From an uncultured Gemmataceae bacterium (GTDB lineage Bacteria; Planctomycetota; Planctomycetia; Gemmatales; Gemmataceae), in assembly GCA_963750165.1 (NCBI GenBank), contig CAVVPN010000003.1, positions 704,001 through 768,000 on the forward strand: a stretch of DNA of 64,000 bases, given 5' to 3'. A program made the translations under genes and the position numbers. The notes beneath the pieces are model-generated. The model saw only the letters and a program-made list of their open reading frames with translations, did not search any database and was not told where the DNA came from. This document shows positions 12,048 through 21,607 of the stretch, piece by piece; the first letter of the stretch is position 1; each line of letters begins with the position of its first letter.

Positions 12048-12449
12048 ATGCCGACCGACGCCGCCGCCCTGCTCGACGCCGCCCGCCGCGTCCGCCTGAA
12101 CGCCGCCGCCGACTTCTCGCACTTCCAGGTGGGTGCCGCCCTGGAAACCGACGACGGTCACATCATCACCGGCTGCAACGTCGAGAACGCCACCTACGGC
12201 CTGACCGTCTGCGCCGAGCGCGTGGCCGTCTTCAAGGCCATCTCGGAGGGCCATCGCCGCTTTCGCCGCGTTGCGGTCATCGCCGACACCGGCGCCCCGA
12301 CGCCACCGTGCGGCGCCTGCCGCCAGATCCTCTGGGAGTTCGGCGGCGACCTGGAAGTGATCCTCGGCAACCTCGAACGCGAAACTGTCCGCTACCAACT
12401 GCGCGACCTGCTGCCGTTGCCCTTCGACGCGCGGTTGCTGCGCGAATGA
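12048..12449 (+). CDS. cdd: Cytidine deaminase
   Basis: FSHFQVGAAL, GCNVENATYGLTVCAERVA, PCGACRQ zinc motifs. Confidence 0.93.
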   Translation: MPTDAAALLDAARRVRLNAAADFSHFQVGAALETDDGHIITGCNVENATYGLTVCAERVAVFKAISEGHRRFRRVAVIADTGAPTPPCGACRQILWEFGGDLEVILGNLERETVRYQLRDLLPLPFDARLLRE

Positions 12450-12474
12450 CGCCGGAACCTGCTTCTTCGGCGCC

Positions 12475-12996
12475 TCAGCGTTCGCCGGGCGGCTTGGCTG
12501 GGGCCTCCTTGAGCCGGGCGCGCAGCCGGGCCACCAGAATACTCTTGGATACCTGGCCCGGCCTGGCTGGGGCAGCCTCGATTTCGGCGGGGGCATCCGG
12601 TTCGGCGTCCGCCGGCTTGCCCGCCACCGACGCGACCGGCGCCGTTGGCAGCAGGTTGCCATCGTCGCCGTCGTCGGCCGGGGCCGCTCCCTCGGGCGGC
12701 AACTCCGCCGTCTCGTCGCCTGACAGCGACTGGGGCTTGATCAGGAACGAATTGGCCTCCACCTCGGTCATCTTCTTGTTGACCGTCAGGAAGTTGACCT
12801 GGTCGAGCGGCACGATCACCACGCGGCCGGCGTCCATCGACCCAGCCATGCGGCCGCGCACGATGATGAAGTCGCGCTCCAGGCGGATGATGGACTGGAT
12901 CACGACCTCCGCCCCCGTGGTCAGGACGAGGGCAAGCGTCCCGTGCAGTTCGGCGGGGATGCGGCGTAGCAGGGACACCCAGGCCAGGCCTTGCAT
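12475..12996 (-). CDS. Hypothetical protein (globular N-terminus, acidic Pro/Ala linker, basic C-terminal helix)
   Basis: Open frame with AGGAGG RBS, directly downstream of the lipoprotein gene on the same strand. Confidence 0.7.
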   Translation of the reverse strand: MQGLAWVSLLRRIPAELHGTLALVLTTGAEVVIQSIIRLERDFIIVRGRMAGSMDAGRVVIVPLDQVNFLTVNKKMTEVEANSFLIKPQSLSGDETAELPPEGAAPADDGDDGNLLPTAPVASVAGKPADAEPDAPAEIEAAPARPGQVSKSILVARLRARLKEAPAKPPGER

Positions 12997-13036
12997 GTCA
13001 GCCTCCTGTCGGCAACGGTGCAGAACGCGGCCCGGC

Positions 13037-15622
13037 TCAGGGAGTCAGCTCCAGCCACTCCGTGTACAGCGACCCACCGCCCTGCTCCTTGCGCCAGAAG
13101 ACGCGGACGCGGGTGCGGTCGTCGTGGTTGCCCTGGCACTCCAGCAGCCGCTCGGCGTTGATTTCCTGGCGGCGCGGCCAGCCGAACTGGGCCAGCTGCT
13201 GGTTCCAGACATCCGTCACCAACTTCATGGCGTCCGGTCCCACCACCTTCGCCGAGGCGACCGCATGCCGGGCCAGCACGCGCGAGACGCGGTCGTTGTC
13301 GAACCAGACCAGAACCACGTCGTGGCTGCTGTCCCGGGCCGGCGTCAGCTGCCAGGGGCCGCCGGGCTGGGCCGGCTTCTGATGGGTGAACCGGGCCAGC
13401 ACATCGGTGCGAGCGTCGCCCAGGTGGCAGCCGTCGAGGCCGCGCGCCAGCACCGTCAGCGGCGGTAACGGCACGCCGGCCGGGTGCGCCGCCGGGCAGT
13501 CACGCACGGTCAGCTCGACACCGCTGCCGTCCTGCTGCCAGGTCACCACCGTCGTGTCGTCCTGCCAGCGGTACAGCACCGCCTTGCCCCTGGCCGACCA
13601 GACCGTCGCCCACGGCGCCGGCAGCACCTGCGGCGCGCCGTACTTTTGCTTGAACGTCTCCAGCTTCCGCGCCACCGCGCCGGCCTTGCCGGACCCGTCG
13701 CGGAAGCGGAAGCGGACCTCGGCCACCTTCTTGTCCGCGTCGAAACGCGCCTCCAGTTCCTGCCAGACCAGCCCGCCGACGGCCGGCCGAAGGAAGCGCA
13801 CAGCGAGCACGTCGGGCAGCGCCAGCACGGCCGCCTGATCGTCCGCCGGGAAACGGGCCGTGACCGCGGTGCGGCCCTGGCCCAGCGCCACGCCCTCGAC
13901 CTCGCGGTTCAGGCGCTGTCGCGGCGTGCCGGCCGTGATCCGCTGCCGGCGTTCCGCGGCCTCGCGCTCGCGCACCGTGGCGGCGGTTCGGGCCAGCTGG
14001 TCCGGCGGCGTGCGATCCGCGACCTCCAGGCTCGGGCCGATTTCGACCTTGTTCGGTAGCCGCAGTGTCCAGCGCGTCCGCGCGTCCTGCCAGGACAGAG
14101 TTAGCTGCCCCTCGGGACCGCCGCCGGCCTCGATGTGCGGTGTGCCCGCGACGGCGAACAGCGGCACGGCCAACTTCGCCAGCGATCGCTGCGCCTTCTG
14201 CTCCGCCGTCCACTGCAGCGCCAGCCGCGCCGGCAGGTCGTGCGGGTCCGCCCGGTGCAGGGCCGCCTGCGTCAGCGTCAGGCCGGGCACCGGGTTGGCC
14301 ACGTGTTTCAGGTCGTCGGCGTTTTCCAGCACGAGCGGGTTGCCCTGCTGGTGCAGGGCGATGCGCAGGCGGTTTTGCTCAAAGGACTGGTCCAGCTGCA
14401 CGTCGCCCAGGGTGCGCGGCAGGGTGGCGGAGCCGGCGGGCTGGCCGTCGCTGAAGCGGACGACGGCGCCGACGGCGAAGTTGTGCGGCGTCAGGGCGGC
14501 TTCCCAGACGCCGGCCGGCAGGGTGTAGCGGCGGCGGGTGAGGCCGTCGTGCGTGACCGTTTGCACCTGCCTGGGGGGCACGGACTCTTCGAGGTAGTGG
14601 GCAAGCTGGCCCGGCTGCGGCACGCGCTCGGACTGACGGGTGCGGTAGAGCACCAGCAAGTCGGTCAGGATACCGGCCGGGTCGAAGCAGGCGACGACGT
14701 TCTCGGCGTCGTCGCCGGGCAGCGGCAGGTTGAGCACGTCCAGCGCCCGCGCCACGGCGGTGGGCTGCAGGGCCCGCCTGCTGGGCGCGTCCGCCACGCC
14801 CAGCAGGCGCGCGATCTCGGCCCGGGTGGTCTTGCTGGGCAGCACCGGCGTCGTCGGCACAGAGAATTCGCCCCAGTCTTTCAGGCCAGCCTCGGCGATT
14901 TCGGCCAATTCCGTCACTTCGTGGGCCCGCCAGCGGGCGGCCATCCGCTTGAGGACGAAATGGCCGCGCGGCAGCAGGGCAGCGCCGAGCGGCCCGGCCC
15001 TGGCCTTCGCGTCGAGCACCTTGACGAGCTGCTCGTGCAGCGAGATGAGGCGGCCGGGCTTGAACTGTTCCTCGGCGACGAAGTGGAACTGGGCGTTGTG
15101 CAGCAGCAGCGACACCAGCCGAGTCCACTCAACGGGGTAGTTTTTGGGGCCGGCCAGGGCGTCGATCTGGGCGCGCGTGGCGGTGTCGCCGGGTTCGACC
15201 AGCTTGCGGGCGGCCTCCACGTCGCCGAAGCGGGCCAGGTGCAGGGCCAGGCCGCTGTCTTTGGCCCCTTCGGGCAGGTAGGGCGGCACGCTGAAGCCGA
15301 GGGTTTCGGAATATTTGGCGTCGCGGAAGACCGGCGTGGCCAGCGGCAGGTGCAGGTCCGGCAGGCGGCGGAAGGGCTGGCCGGCGAGCCGATGCTTCTT
15401 GTCAAGGAGGTCGATTTTGGCCTGGACATCCTCGGCCTGGAGGGCGAGGACGGCGCGCGACTTGGTGAGCAGGTCAGCGAAGGAGATTTCGTCCACGAAC
15501 TCGACCGGAATGTCAACATCCGGCGTGACCTCGACCTGCGGCGGTTCCACCTGGCCGGAACAGCCCGCGGACAGAACCAGAAGAAGACCGGCGACCAGGG
15601 CCAGCCAAGCGCGTCGATACAT
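13037..15622 (-). CDS. Large hypothetical lipoprotein
   Basis: 861-aa ORF, lipobox LSAGC after a hydrophobic stretch. Confidence 0.75.
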   Translation of the reverse strand: MYRRAWLALVAGLLLVLSAGCSGQVEPPQVEVTPDVDIPVEFVDEISFADLLTKSRAVLALQAEDVQAKIDLLDKKHRLAGQPFRRLPDLHLPLATPVFRDAKYSETLGFSVPPYLPEGAKDSGLALHLARFGDVEAARKLVEPGDTATRAQIDALAGPKNYPVEWTRLVSLLLHNAQFHFVAEEQFKPGRLISLHEQLVKVLDAKARAGPLGAALLPRGHFVLKRMAARWRAHEVTELAEIAEAGLKDWGEFSVPTTPVLPSKTTRAEIARLLGVADAPSRRALQPTAVARALDVLNLPLPGDDAENVVACFDPAGILTDLLVLYRTRQSERVPQPGQLAHYLEESVPPRQVQTVTHDGLTRRRYTLPAGVWEAALTPHNFAVGAVVRFSDGQPAGSATLPRTLGDVQLDQSFEQNRLRIALHQQGNPLVLENADDLKHVANPVPGLTLTQAALHRADPHDLPARLALQWTAEQKAQRSLAKLAVPLFAVAGTPHIEAGGGPEGQLTLSWQDARTRWTLRLPNKVEIGPSLEVADRTPPDQLARTAATVREREAAERRQRITAGTPRQRLNREVEGVALGQGRTAVTARFPADDQAAVLALPDVLAVRFLRPAVGGLVWQELEARFDADKKVAEVRFRFRDGSGKAGAVARKLETFKQKYGAPQVLPAPWATVWSARGKAVLYRWQDDTTVVTWQQDGSGVELTVRDCPAAHPAGVPLPPLTVLARGLDGCHLGDARTDVLARFTHQKPAQPGGPWQLTPARDSSHDVVLVWFDNDRVSRVLARHAVASAKVVGPDAMKLVTDVWNQQLAQFGWPRRQEINAERLLECQGNHDDRTRVRVFWRKEQGGGSLYTEWLELTP

Positions 15623-15824
15623 GCCTCACCTGTATGGCAAACGGTGGAACGTCGGGAGATCGAGAACCCGTCACCCAACTATAGGTTCCAACCGGCCGCG
15701 GTGCGGCGAAATCTGCTGGTCCGTGGAAGCAAAAGGGTTGCGGCGCCGGCGGTTCCTGAAACGAACTGGCCCGGCAGCCAGTCAACTGCCGGGCCAGTTC
15801 GTTCCATCGGCACGCAGAGCATTG

Positions 15825-16382
15825 TCAGGGCTGGTTTACCGCCGGTGGCGCGGTTGGAGCGGCTGGGCTGGGAGCAGGCAATTGACGGTCTTCCAGATCG
15901 TTTGGCCCCAAAAGGGGCGGTGCAGCGACAACCGTTGCGCCGAGCCCTCGAACCGCTTCCGGTGCCGCGTGCGCCTGAAGCCACGCCCGCACTTCCCACA
16001 GGTCGAAGAACAATCTGAGAAGCAAATCCATCGCCCGCTGCTGAATCTGCCCTCCGGTTTCCCACCGCGATACCGTTTCCTTGGCCACCTTTAAGTAGTT
16101 TGCCAGTTGCTCTTGTGTCAGGCTCAGGCTTTTTCGCCTGTCGCGAATTTCCTGAGGGGCCAAGAGGCCCGCCTGGGACCGCAGTTCGCCTGTCACTCGC
16201 GCAAGCGCTTCGTCAGGAAGCACGCGGTTGTGACAGGACGAGCATTCCAGGATTTCGAGTTGTGGCACGACAAACGAATAAGCACGGCCGTCGTGTTCCA
16301 TTTCTGCTGGGTAGTCCACGACCGTTGGGCTCAGGGATGGTTTCCCACAGGAGCGGCATTTCCAGGGGTAGGGACGTGTCAT
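15825..16382 (-). CDS. MqsA-like antitoxin (zinc ribbon plus XRE HTH)
   Basis: CRSC..CSSC; EIRDRRKSLSLTQEQLANYLKVAKETVSRWETGGQIQ. Confidence 0.85.
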   Translation of the reverse strand: MTRPYPWKCRSCGKPSLSPTVVDYPAEMEHDGRAYSFVVPQLEILECSSCHNRVLPDEALARVTGELRSQAGLLAPQEIRDRRKSLSLTQEQLANYLKVAKETVSRWETGGQIQQRAMDLLLRLFFDLWEVRAWLQAHAAPEAVRGLGATVVAAPPLLGPNDLEDRQLPAPSPAAPTAPPAVNQP

Positions 16383-16401
16383 AGAAAAATCTCCAGTCGG
16401 C

Positions 16402-16777
16402 TCATATCCTTCTTGGCGGATGAGCGTTCAAGAGGTTGACGGCAGGTTCATTCGGATCTGGATTGCACAACTCCATTTCAACGTACAACCCACGAGGGAA
16501 CTCCGCGAGTTTCTCGATGATGATTTCGTAATAATTAAACCGCCTCTCTTTGCACAACTCGCGCCCTTCGCGCACGCATTTGATTGGATTTCCGTCAGTA
16601 ATCCATTCCCTGGCGAGTTCCCGGATTTCGCTTGCCGTCAACCCTCGGTTGGCCCCATCTTCTGTCACCCGCAGCGCTTCCTTGTCGTTGATCCAGTCGG
16701 AATTCTGATTCGGCGGCCTTCTTCACAAGGTCTGGTCTGCAATCCTGAGTGTCAATGCGTTCAGATTGATCGCTCAC
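16402..16777 (-). CDS. Putative toxin partner of the MqsA-like antitoxin (frameshift near 16700)
   Basis: Directly upstream of the antitoxin; ends LYVEMEL..AVNLLNAH. The N-terminal frame (VSDQ..LVKKAA) joins DWINDKEALR. Confidence 0.55.
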
Positions 16778-16987
16778 GAGCGTTTCCTGTGAATTATGCG
16801 ACACACTTGCTTTACATCAAGTTCGTTTTCGCCGTCGTGGACGTTGGACGTTGCCGTGAAGGGAGCCGACGTACAACGCAGGACTGGCCCGCCTACAACG
16901 GAGCGCAAGACGATCGAGAAGCGCGGTCGGCAAGTAGTTCTTGCCGACCGCGCAAATGTCAACGGGACGTGCGTTGGCGAAGCGGGC

Positions 16988-19900
16988 TCACTCCTTGCGG
17001 AACATCTTGTGATTGCGGTCGCCGCGCGAGTACAGATACGCCACCAGGTCCAGGATTTCCTCGCGGTTCAGCGTGTCGATCAACCCGTCCGGCATCATCG
17101 ACACCTTCGACGGCGCCATCGAGTCGATGTTATCGCGCTTGACGTTGGTGAGCTTGTTCGGGTCGAGCATGTCGGTGTTGATCGTGATGTTGTCGCCAAA
17201 CAGGTTGACGATGCGGCCCGAGATGACGCGGCCATCCGTGGTCGTGATGGCCACCGCCGCGTACTGGTCGCTGATGACCTTGCTCGGCTCAATGATCGAC
17301 TCCAGCAGGTCGCGCGGCCCGAAACGGCCAGAGACGAGCGTCAGGTCCGGGCCGGTGCCGCCGCCCTCGTTGTTGAAGCGGTGGCAGGCGAAACACTTGA
17401 TCTCGCCGAACAGACTGCGGCCGCGGTTGAAGTTGCGGCCTGTCAGCCCCTTCTCCAGCACCGGCACCAGTTCGTCCACCGTGTACTTCTTCACGAGCGG
17501 CCGCTGCTTCCACGCGAACTCCGGCGACTTCGGCGTCGGCACCTTCGCCAGCACCGTCTTCAGGTTCGCCTTCTCCTCCGCGGACAGCGACGCCACCGCG
17601 TCCTTGCGGATGTTGCGCAGGAAGCCGTGGAAGCTGTTGCCGCCGCGGTAGCCCATCGCCTTGTGGAACCAGTTGAAATACGCCTCGCGCTGCGGCTTTG
17701 TCCAGCCGCTCTTGACCGACCGCAACGCCAGGGCGTAATCAATCTGCTCCTCCTGCGTCGGGGCCTTCGCCAGCAGCGCCAGTGTCTTCGCGACGCCGCC
17801 CGGTGCCTCCAGGTACGACACCAGCTTGCACAACTCGGCGTTCACCTCGCGTTCACCGGCGGGGTAGTAGCCGACCAGCCGCTTGCCGACGCGCTCCTTC
17901 CACGCGGCGTCCGGGGCACCCATGCGGATGAAAACCAGCTCATACGCCCGCAGGTAATCGGTCTTTTGCTCCGGCGTCAGCTTCGCCCAGTCCACGCGCC
18001 CCAGCGCCTCCAGGATGCGCGGCTCCAGCTTCTTGTCGCCGACGCGGGCCAGGCCGATCAGGGCGTGCGTCCGTGCCACCGGGTTGGCCTCTTGCAATGC
18101 CTTCTCCTGCCAGGTTGCGGGCGGCTGGAACTCCAGCACGGTACGGGCGGCGTAGCGCAGGAAGCGGTCGTCGCTGCTCAGGTGCGGCCAGGCCGTCTCG
18201 ACCGCCCGCGGATCCTGCTTGCCGTAGTACGCCTCCAGCTGCTTGCGCACCTTTTGCTGCTCGGTCACCCGGGCCTCGCGCGGCGCCGGCGCCGTCGATT
18301 CCTTGCCGGTGTAGGTAACGCGGTACAGCCCCGACATGGTGCTGCGGCCGCCGATGGTGAAGTACAGGGCCCCGTCACGCGGGTTGATGACGATGTCCGT
18401 CAGCGGCAGCGGTGAGCCGTTCAGGAACTCCTCCAGTTCGCCGGTGTAGGTCGCCCCCTTGGGTTGCAGGTGCAGCGCGTACAGTTTGCCGTAACTCCAG
18501 TCGCACAGGTACAGCGCATCCTGGTACTTCGCCGGGAACCTGGCGCCGTAGCCGAAGGCCACTCCGGTCGGGCTGCCGGGGCCGACGTTGGCCACTGGCG
18601 GCAGGTTGTCGGGATAATACTCATACATCTTGCCGGTGCCGCCGCGCCAGCCGAACTCGCTGCCCGGCACCGCATGGCAAACGCGCGTCGGCCGATACCA
18701 CGGCAGGTTCATGTCCCATTCCATGTCGGAGTCGTAGGTGAACAGCTCGCCGGCGCGGTTGAAGGCGGCGTCGTACTCGTTGCGGTAGCCCATCGAGATC
18801 AGTTCCCAGCGCTTGCCGTCCGGGTCCGTCTTGTAGATGCAGCCGGCCGGGGCCATGATGCCGACCGCGTGGCCGCTCGCGTCCCACAGCCGTGGCTGCA
18901 GGAAATCCTCGCCCCAGATTTGCGGCACCTTCGACGAGGTCAGCTTGACCGGCTTCGTGTGGTTGCCGTGCAGCACGTACAGCGATTTGCCGTCCGGCCC
19001 CAGCAGGACCGCGTGCGGCCCGTGTTCGCCGCTGCCCTGGATCGGCCGTAGCAGTTCCTTCGTGTCCAGCACGTCGTCGTTCTTCGACGAGCGCACGCGC
19101 CACAGGCCGCTCTCGTATTTCCGGACGCGGTTGACGACGACGTACAGGCTGTCGAACGCCCAGAGCAGACCCTGCGCCTCGCCGAGGTCCACGGGCAGTT
19201 GTTCGACCTTCGTCTCCTCGGGCTTGCCGCCGAGCGGCGGCGGCGTGATGCGGTACAGCCGGCCGCTCTGGTCCGACGTGATGAGCCGGCCCTTCGGATC
19301 CACGCACATGCTGACCCACGAGCCCTGCGTCTTCTTGGGCACCGAGTACAGCAGCTCCACCTTGAAGTCTTTCTTGACCTTGATTAGCTCAACCGGTGTC
19401 GCCGTCGGCGTCTTCAACTTGGCGGCACCCTGCAGCCTGGCGGCGTTGACCTGCTTCCACGGCGCGGCCCCGAGTTTGGCGACCACCGTGGCCTTCGCCC
19501 ACTGCGCGTCATCGAAGCCAACCTTCGTCCAGCCGTCCGCTGCCTTTTCCGAGACGCGCCAGGTGTCGTCGGTCACGATCAGCGTTTCCTGCTTCGGCCC
19601 GGTGAGGACGAGCCGCAGTACCAGCCCAGCCGGGCCATCGGTGTTGTGCGCCTTGACCGTGATGACGACCCGGACTTCTTTCTGGCCCTTGGCGAGCTTG
19701 GGGAAGGCGTCGGTCACGTCGCGGAAGACGGGGTCCGACCATTCGCTGCTCGCGGCCACCTCGGTGCCGTTGACGTAGACGGTCATCTGGTTATCGCAGG
19801 TGCCATACAGCCGGGCGTTGGTGATGCGATGCTTGACGGCGATTTCCTTGCGGAAGTAGACAGTCTGGTCGGCACGCGGCTGGTCGCCCAGCCAGATCCA

Positions 19901-20023
19901 GGCCGGCTGCGATCTGGCGCCCTTGCCGCCGCCCGTGGGCCCCTGGGCCACGAGCGTGAAGCCCAGTGCGACCACGGCGGCGCACCCCAACCCGGCGATC
20001 CAAACGGGACGGCAGAAAGACAT
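16988..20023 (-). CDS. PVC-type c-heme-binding protein (jelly-roll, beta-propeller dehydrogenase-like domain, HEAT-like region, cytochrome c)
   Basis: GYRNEYD, DSDMEWD, GSPTG, CFACH, GPDLT, LLESIIEPS, SMMPDGL. Confidence 0.88.
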   Translation of the reverse strand: MSFCRPVWIAGLGCAAVVALGFTLVAQGPTGGGKGARSQPAWIWLGDQPRADQTVYFRKEIAVKHRITNARLYGTCDNQMTVYVNGTEVAASSEWSDPVFRDVTDAFPKLAKGQKEVRVVITVKAHNTDGPAGLVLRLVLTGPKQETLIVTDDTWRVSEKAADGWTKVGFDDAQWAKATVVAKLGAAPWKQVNAARLQGAAKLKTPTATPVELIKVKKDFKVELLYSVPKKTQGSWVSMCVDPKGRLITSDQSGRLYRITPPPLGGKPEETKVEQLPVDLGEAQGLLWAFDSLYVVVNRVRKYESGLWRVRSSKNDDVLDTKELLRPIQGSGEHGPHAVLLGPDGKSLYVLHGNHTKPVKLTSSKVPQIWGEDFLQPRLWDASGHAVGIMAPAGCIYKTDPDGKRWELISMGYRNEYDAAFNRAGELFTYDSDMEWDMNLPWYRPTRVCHAVPGSEFGWRGGTGKMYEYYPDNLPPVANVGPGSPTGVAFGYGARFPAKYQDALYLCDWSYGKLYALHLQPKGATYTGELEEFLNGSPLPLTDIVINPRDGALYFTIGGRSTMSGLYRVTYTGKESTAPAPREARVTEQQKVRKQLEAYYGKQDPRAVETAWPHLSSDDRFLRYAARTVLEFQPPATWQEKALQEANPVARTHALIGLARVGDKKLEPRILEALGRVDWAKLTPEQKTDYLRAYELVFIRMGAPDAAWKERVGKRLVGYYPAGEREVNAELCKLVSYLEAPGGVAKTLALLAKAPTQEEQIDYALALRSVKSGWTKPQREAYFNWFHKAMGYRGGNSFHGFLRNIRKDAVASLSAEEKANLKTVLAKVPTPKSPEFAWKQRPLVKKYTVDELVPVLEKGLTGRNFNRGRSLFGEIKCFACHRFNNEGGGTGPDLTLVSGRFGPRDLLESIIEPSKVISDQYAAVAITTTDGRVISGRIVNLFGDNITINTDMLDPNKLTNVKRDNIDSMAPSKVSMMPDGLIDTLNREEILDLVAYLYSRGDRNHKMFRKE

Positions 20024-20453
20024 GGTCTCCCCTTTTGCGCACAAGCTGATGAAAATCAACGGCGGGTCATGGAGGGGATTGTACCGCGCCGCGGGGCACT
20101 CGGGGCAAGAAAAAGCACGTTCCACCGCCCGGTTGCAGCTGCCAACAGCCGCGCGGCCGCCGAACCGAGACCGCATTTCCCTCCGTGCCTGCCCATCCTG
20201 ACGCCCGCACGAACCGCCGATCCTGACGGTTTTGACTGACCTGACAACTTTACCGCTGGACAGGGGAAATTCCAGGTAAATCCGCGGCGTTGTCTCTTGT
20301 AAGGCTCAAGTCGCGGATTACGCTGAGTGTGGATGGTTTGCGACCTCAGCCAAGAAGGTCGTGCGAGGGTGAATGGCGTTCTCCAGCTCGGAGCTGGGGC
20401 ATACGTCGAGGCCAAAGCGCAAGCACACGCATCCCGCGGAAGGAGAATGTGCC

Positions 20454-21533
20454 ATGAGACCCTATCGAGGATTGCTTGGGTTGGGAGCGCTGGCCCTGCT
20501 GGCCGCCACGGCCGGCCCGGCCGGCGCTGCCTGGAACAATGTGTTCCAGGTGACTTGCTGTAACTCCCGGCCGCGCGCCGCCATGTATGTGGCGCCCGTC
20601 GTTGTCCAGGCCTCGCCGGCCTGCTGCAACCCCTGTCCGCAGCCGGTCTGCACCACGCAGTACATCCAGCGCTGCTACTACCAGCCGGTCACGGTCATGC
20701 AGACCAAGACCTACTACGAGCCCGTGACCACCTACCGCACCAGCTACTACTACGAGCCGGTCACCAGCTACCGCTACAGCTGCTACTACGACCCGTGTAC
20801 GTGCCGTTACCAGCAGGTGGCCCAGCCGGTGACCTCGTACGCTCTGCGGTCGCAGTGCTGCCCCGTGCAGTCGTGGGTGCAGCGCTGCTGCTCAGTACCG
20901 GTGACCGTCATGCAGCAGCGCTCCTACTACGAGCCAGTGACCACCTGCAGCACCCCGTGCAGTCCGTGCAACCCGTGCGCTCAGGCGGCGGTCGCGGTGC
21001 CGCAGCAGCAGCCAGTGGTGCAGGTGCCGAACAACCAGGTGCCGAACAACCAGGTGCCGAACAACCAGGTGCCGATCAACGACTATTACCGCAGCCCGAA
21101 CGGCGGCACGACGCTGCAACCGCCGATCATCAAGGAACAGCAAGGTTCGCAGTCGTACAAGCGCGACTGGGGGACGGAACCGCCGCTGGCCAATCCGGGC
21201 CCCGGCACCTCGCTCAAGCAGCCGGCGCCGTACACGCCGCCGGCGGTCAAGCTTGAGCGCATCGCCTTCGCCACCGACGCGGCCGTCCAGGGTCAGGTGG
21301 TCAACAACGGCACGCAGGCACCGCGGGCCGGTGCCCAGGTGGTGTTCGTCCATGCGTCGCAACAGGGCAAGATGCAGTCGGTGACGGCGAACGCGGCGGG
21401 CCACTTCCAGGCGGACCTGGCGCCGGGCGGTTACCTCGTTTACGTCAACGACAACCAGGGCCTGCCGGTCTTCCACAGCCGCATTGACGTGGACGGCAAG
21501 CGGCCGGCGGTCATCAAGCTCGTCAGCCGTTGA
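20454..21533 (+). CDS. Exported Cys/Tyr/Thr/Val-rich (YTV-like) protein with a C-terminal carboxypeptidase-regulatory-like domain
   Basis: AGGAG RBS, signal peptide, YYEPVT repeats, many Cys, (QVPNN)x3, VQGQVV..TANAAGHFQADLAPGGY. Confidence 0.75.
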   Translation: MRPYRGLLGLGALALLAATAGPAGAAWNNVFQVTCCNSRPRAAMYVAPVVVQASPACCNPCPQPVCTTQYIQRCYYQPVTVMQTKTYYEPVTTYRTSYYYEPVTSYRYSCYYDPCTCRYQQVAQPVTSYALRSQCCPVQSWVQRCCSVPVTVMQQRSYYEPVTTCSTPCSPCNPCAQAAVAVPQQQPVVQVPNNQVPNNQVPNNQVPINDYYRSPNGGTTLQPPIIKEQQGSQSYKRDWGTEPPLANPGPGTSLKQPAPYTPPAVKLERIAFATDAAVQGQVVNNGTQAPRAGAQVVFVHASQQGKMQSVTANAAGHFQADLAPGGYLVYVNDNQGLPVFHSRIDVDGKRPAVIKLVSR

Positions 21534-21542
21534 TACGAATCC

Positions 21543-21586
21543 GAGCCCGAGCGCCAGCGAGGGGCCCCTCGCTGGCGCTCGGGCTC
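21543..21586. repeat. REP-like palindrome family A, copy 2
   Basis: Perfect palindrome gagcccgagcgccagcgagggg / cccctcgctggcgctcgggctc between convergent genes. Confidence 0.85.
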
Positions 21587-21607
21587 CGACCCGCAATCTG
21601 CAATTCT

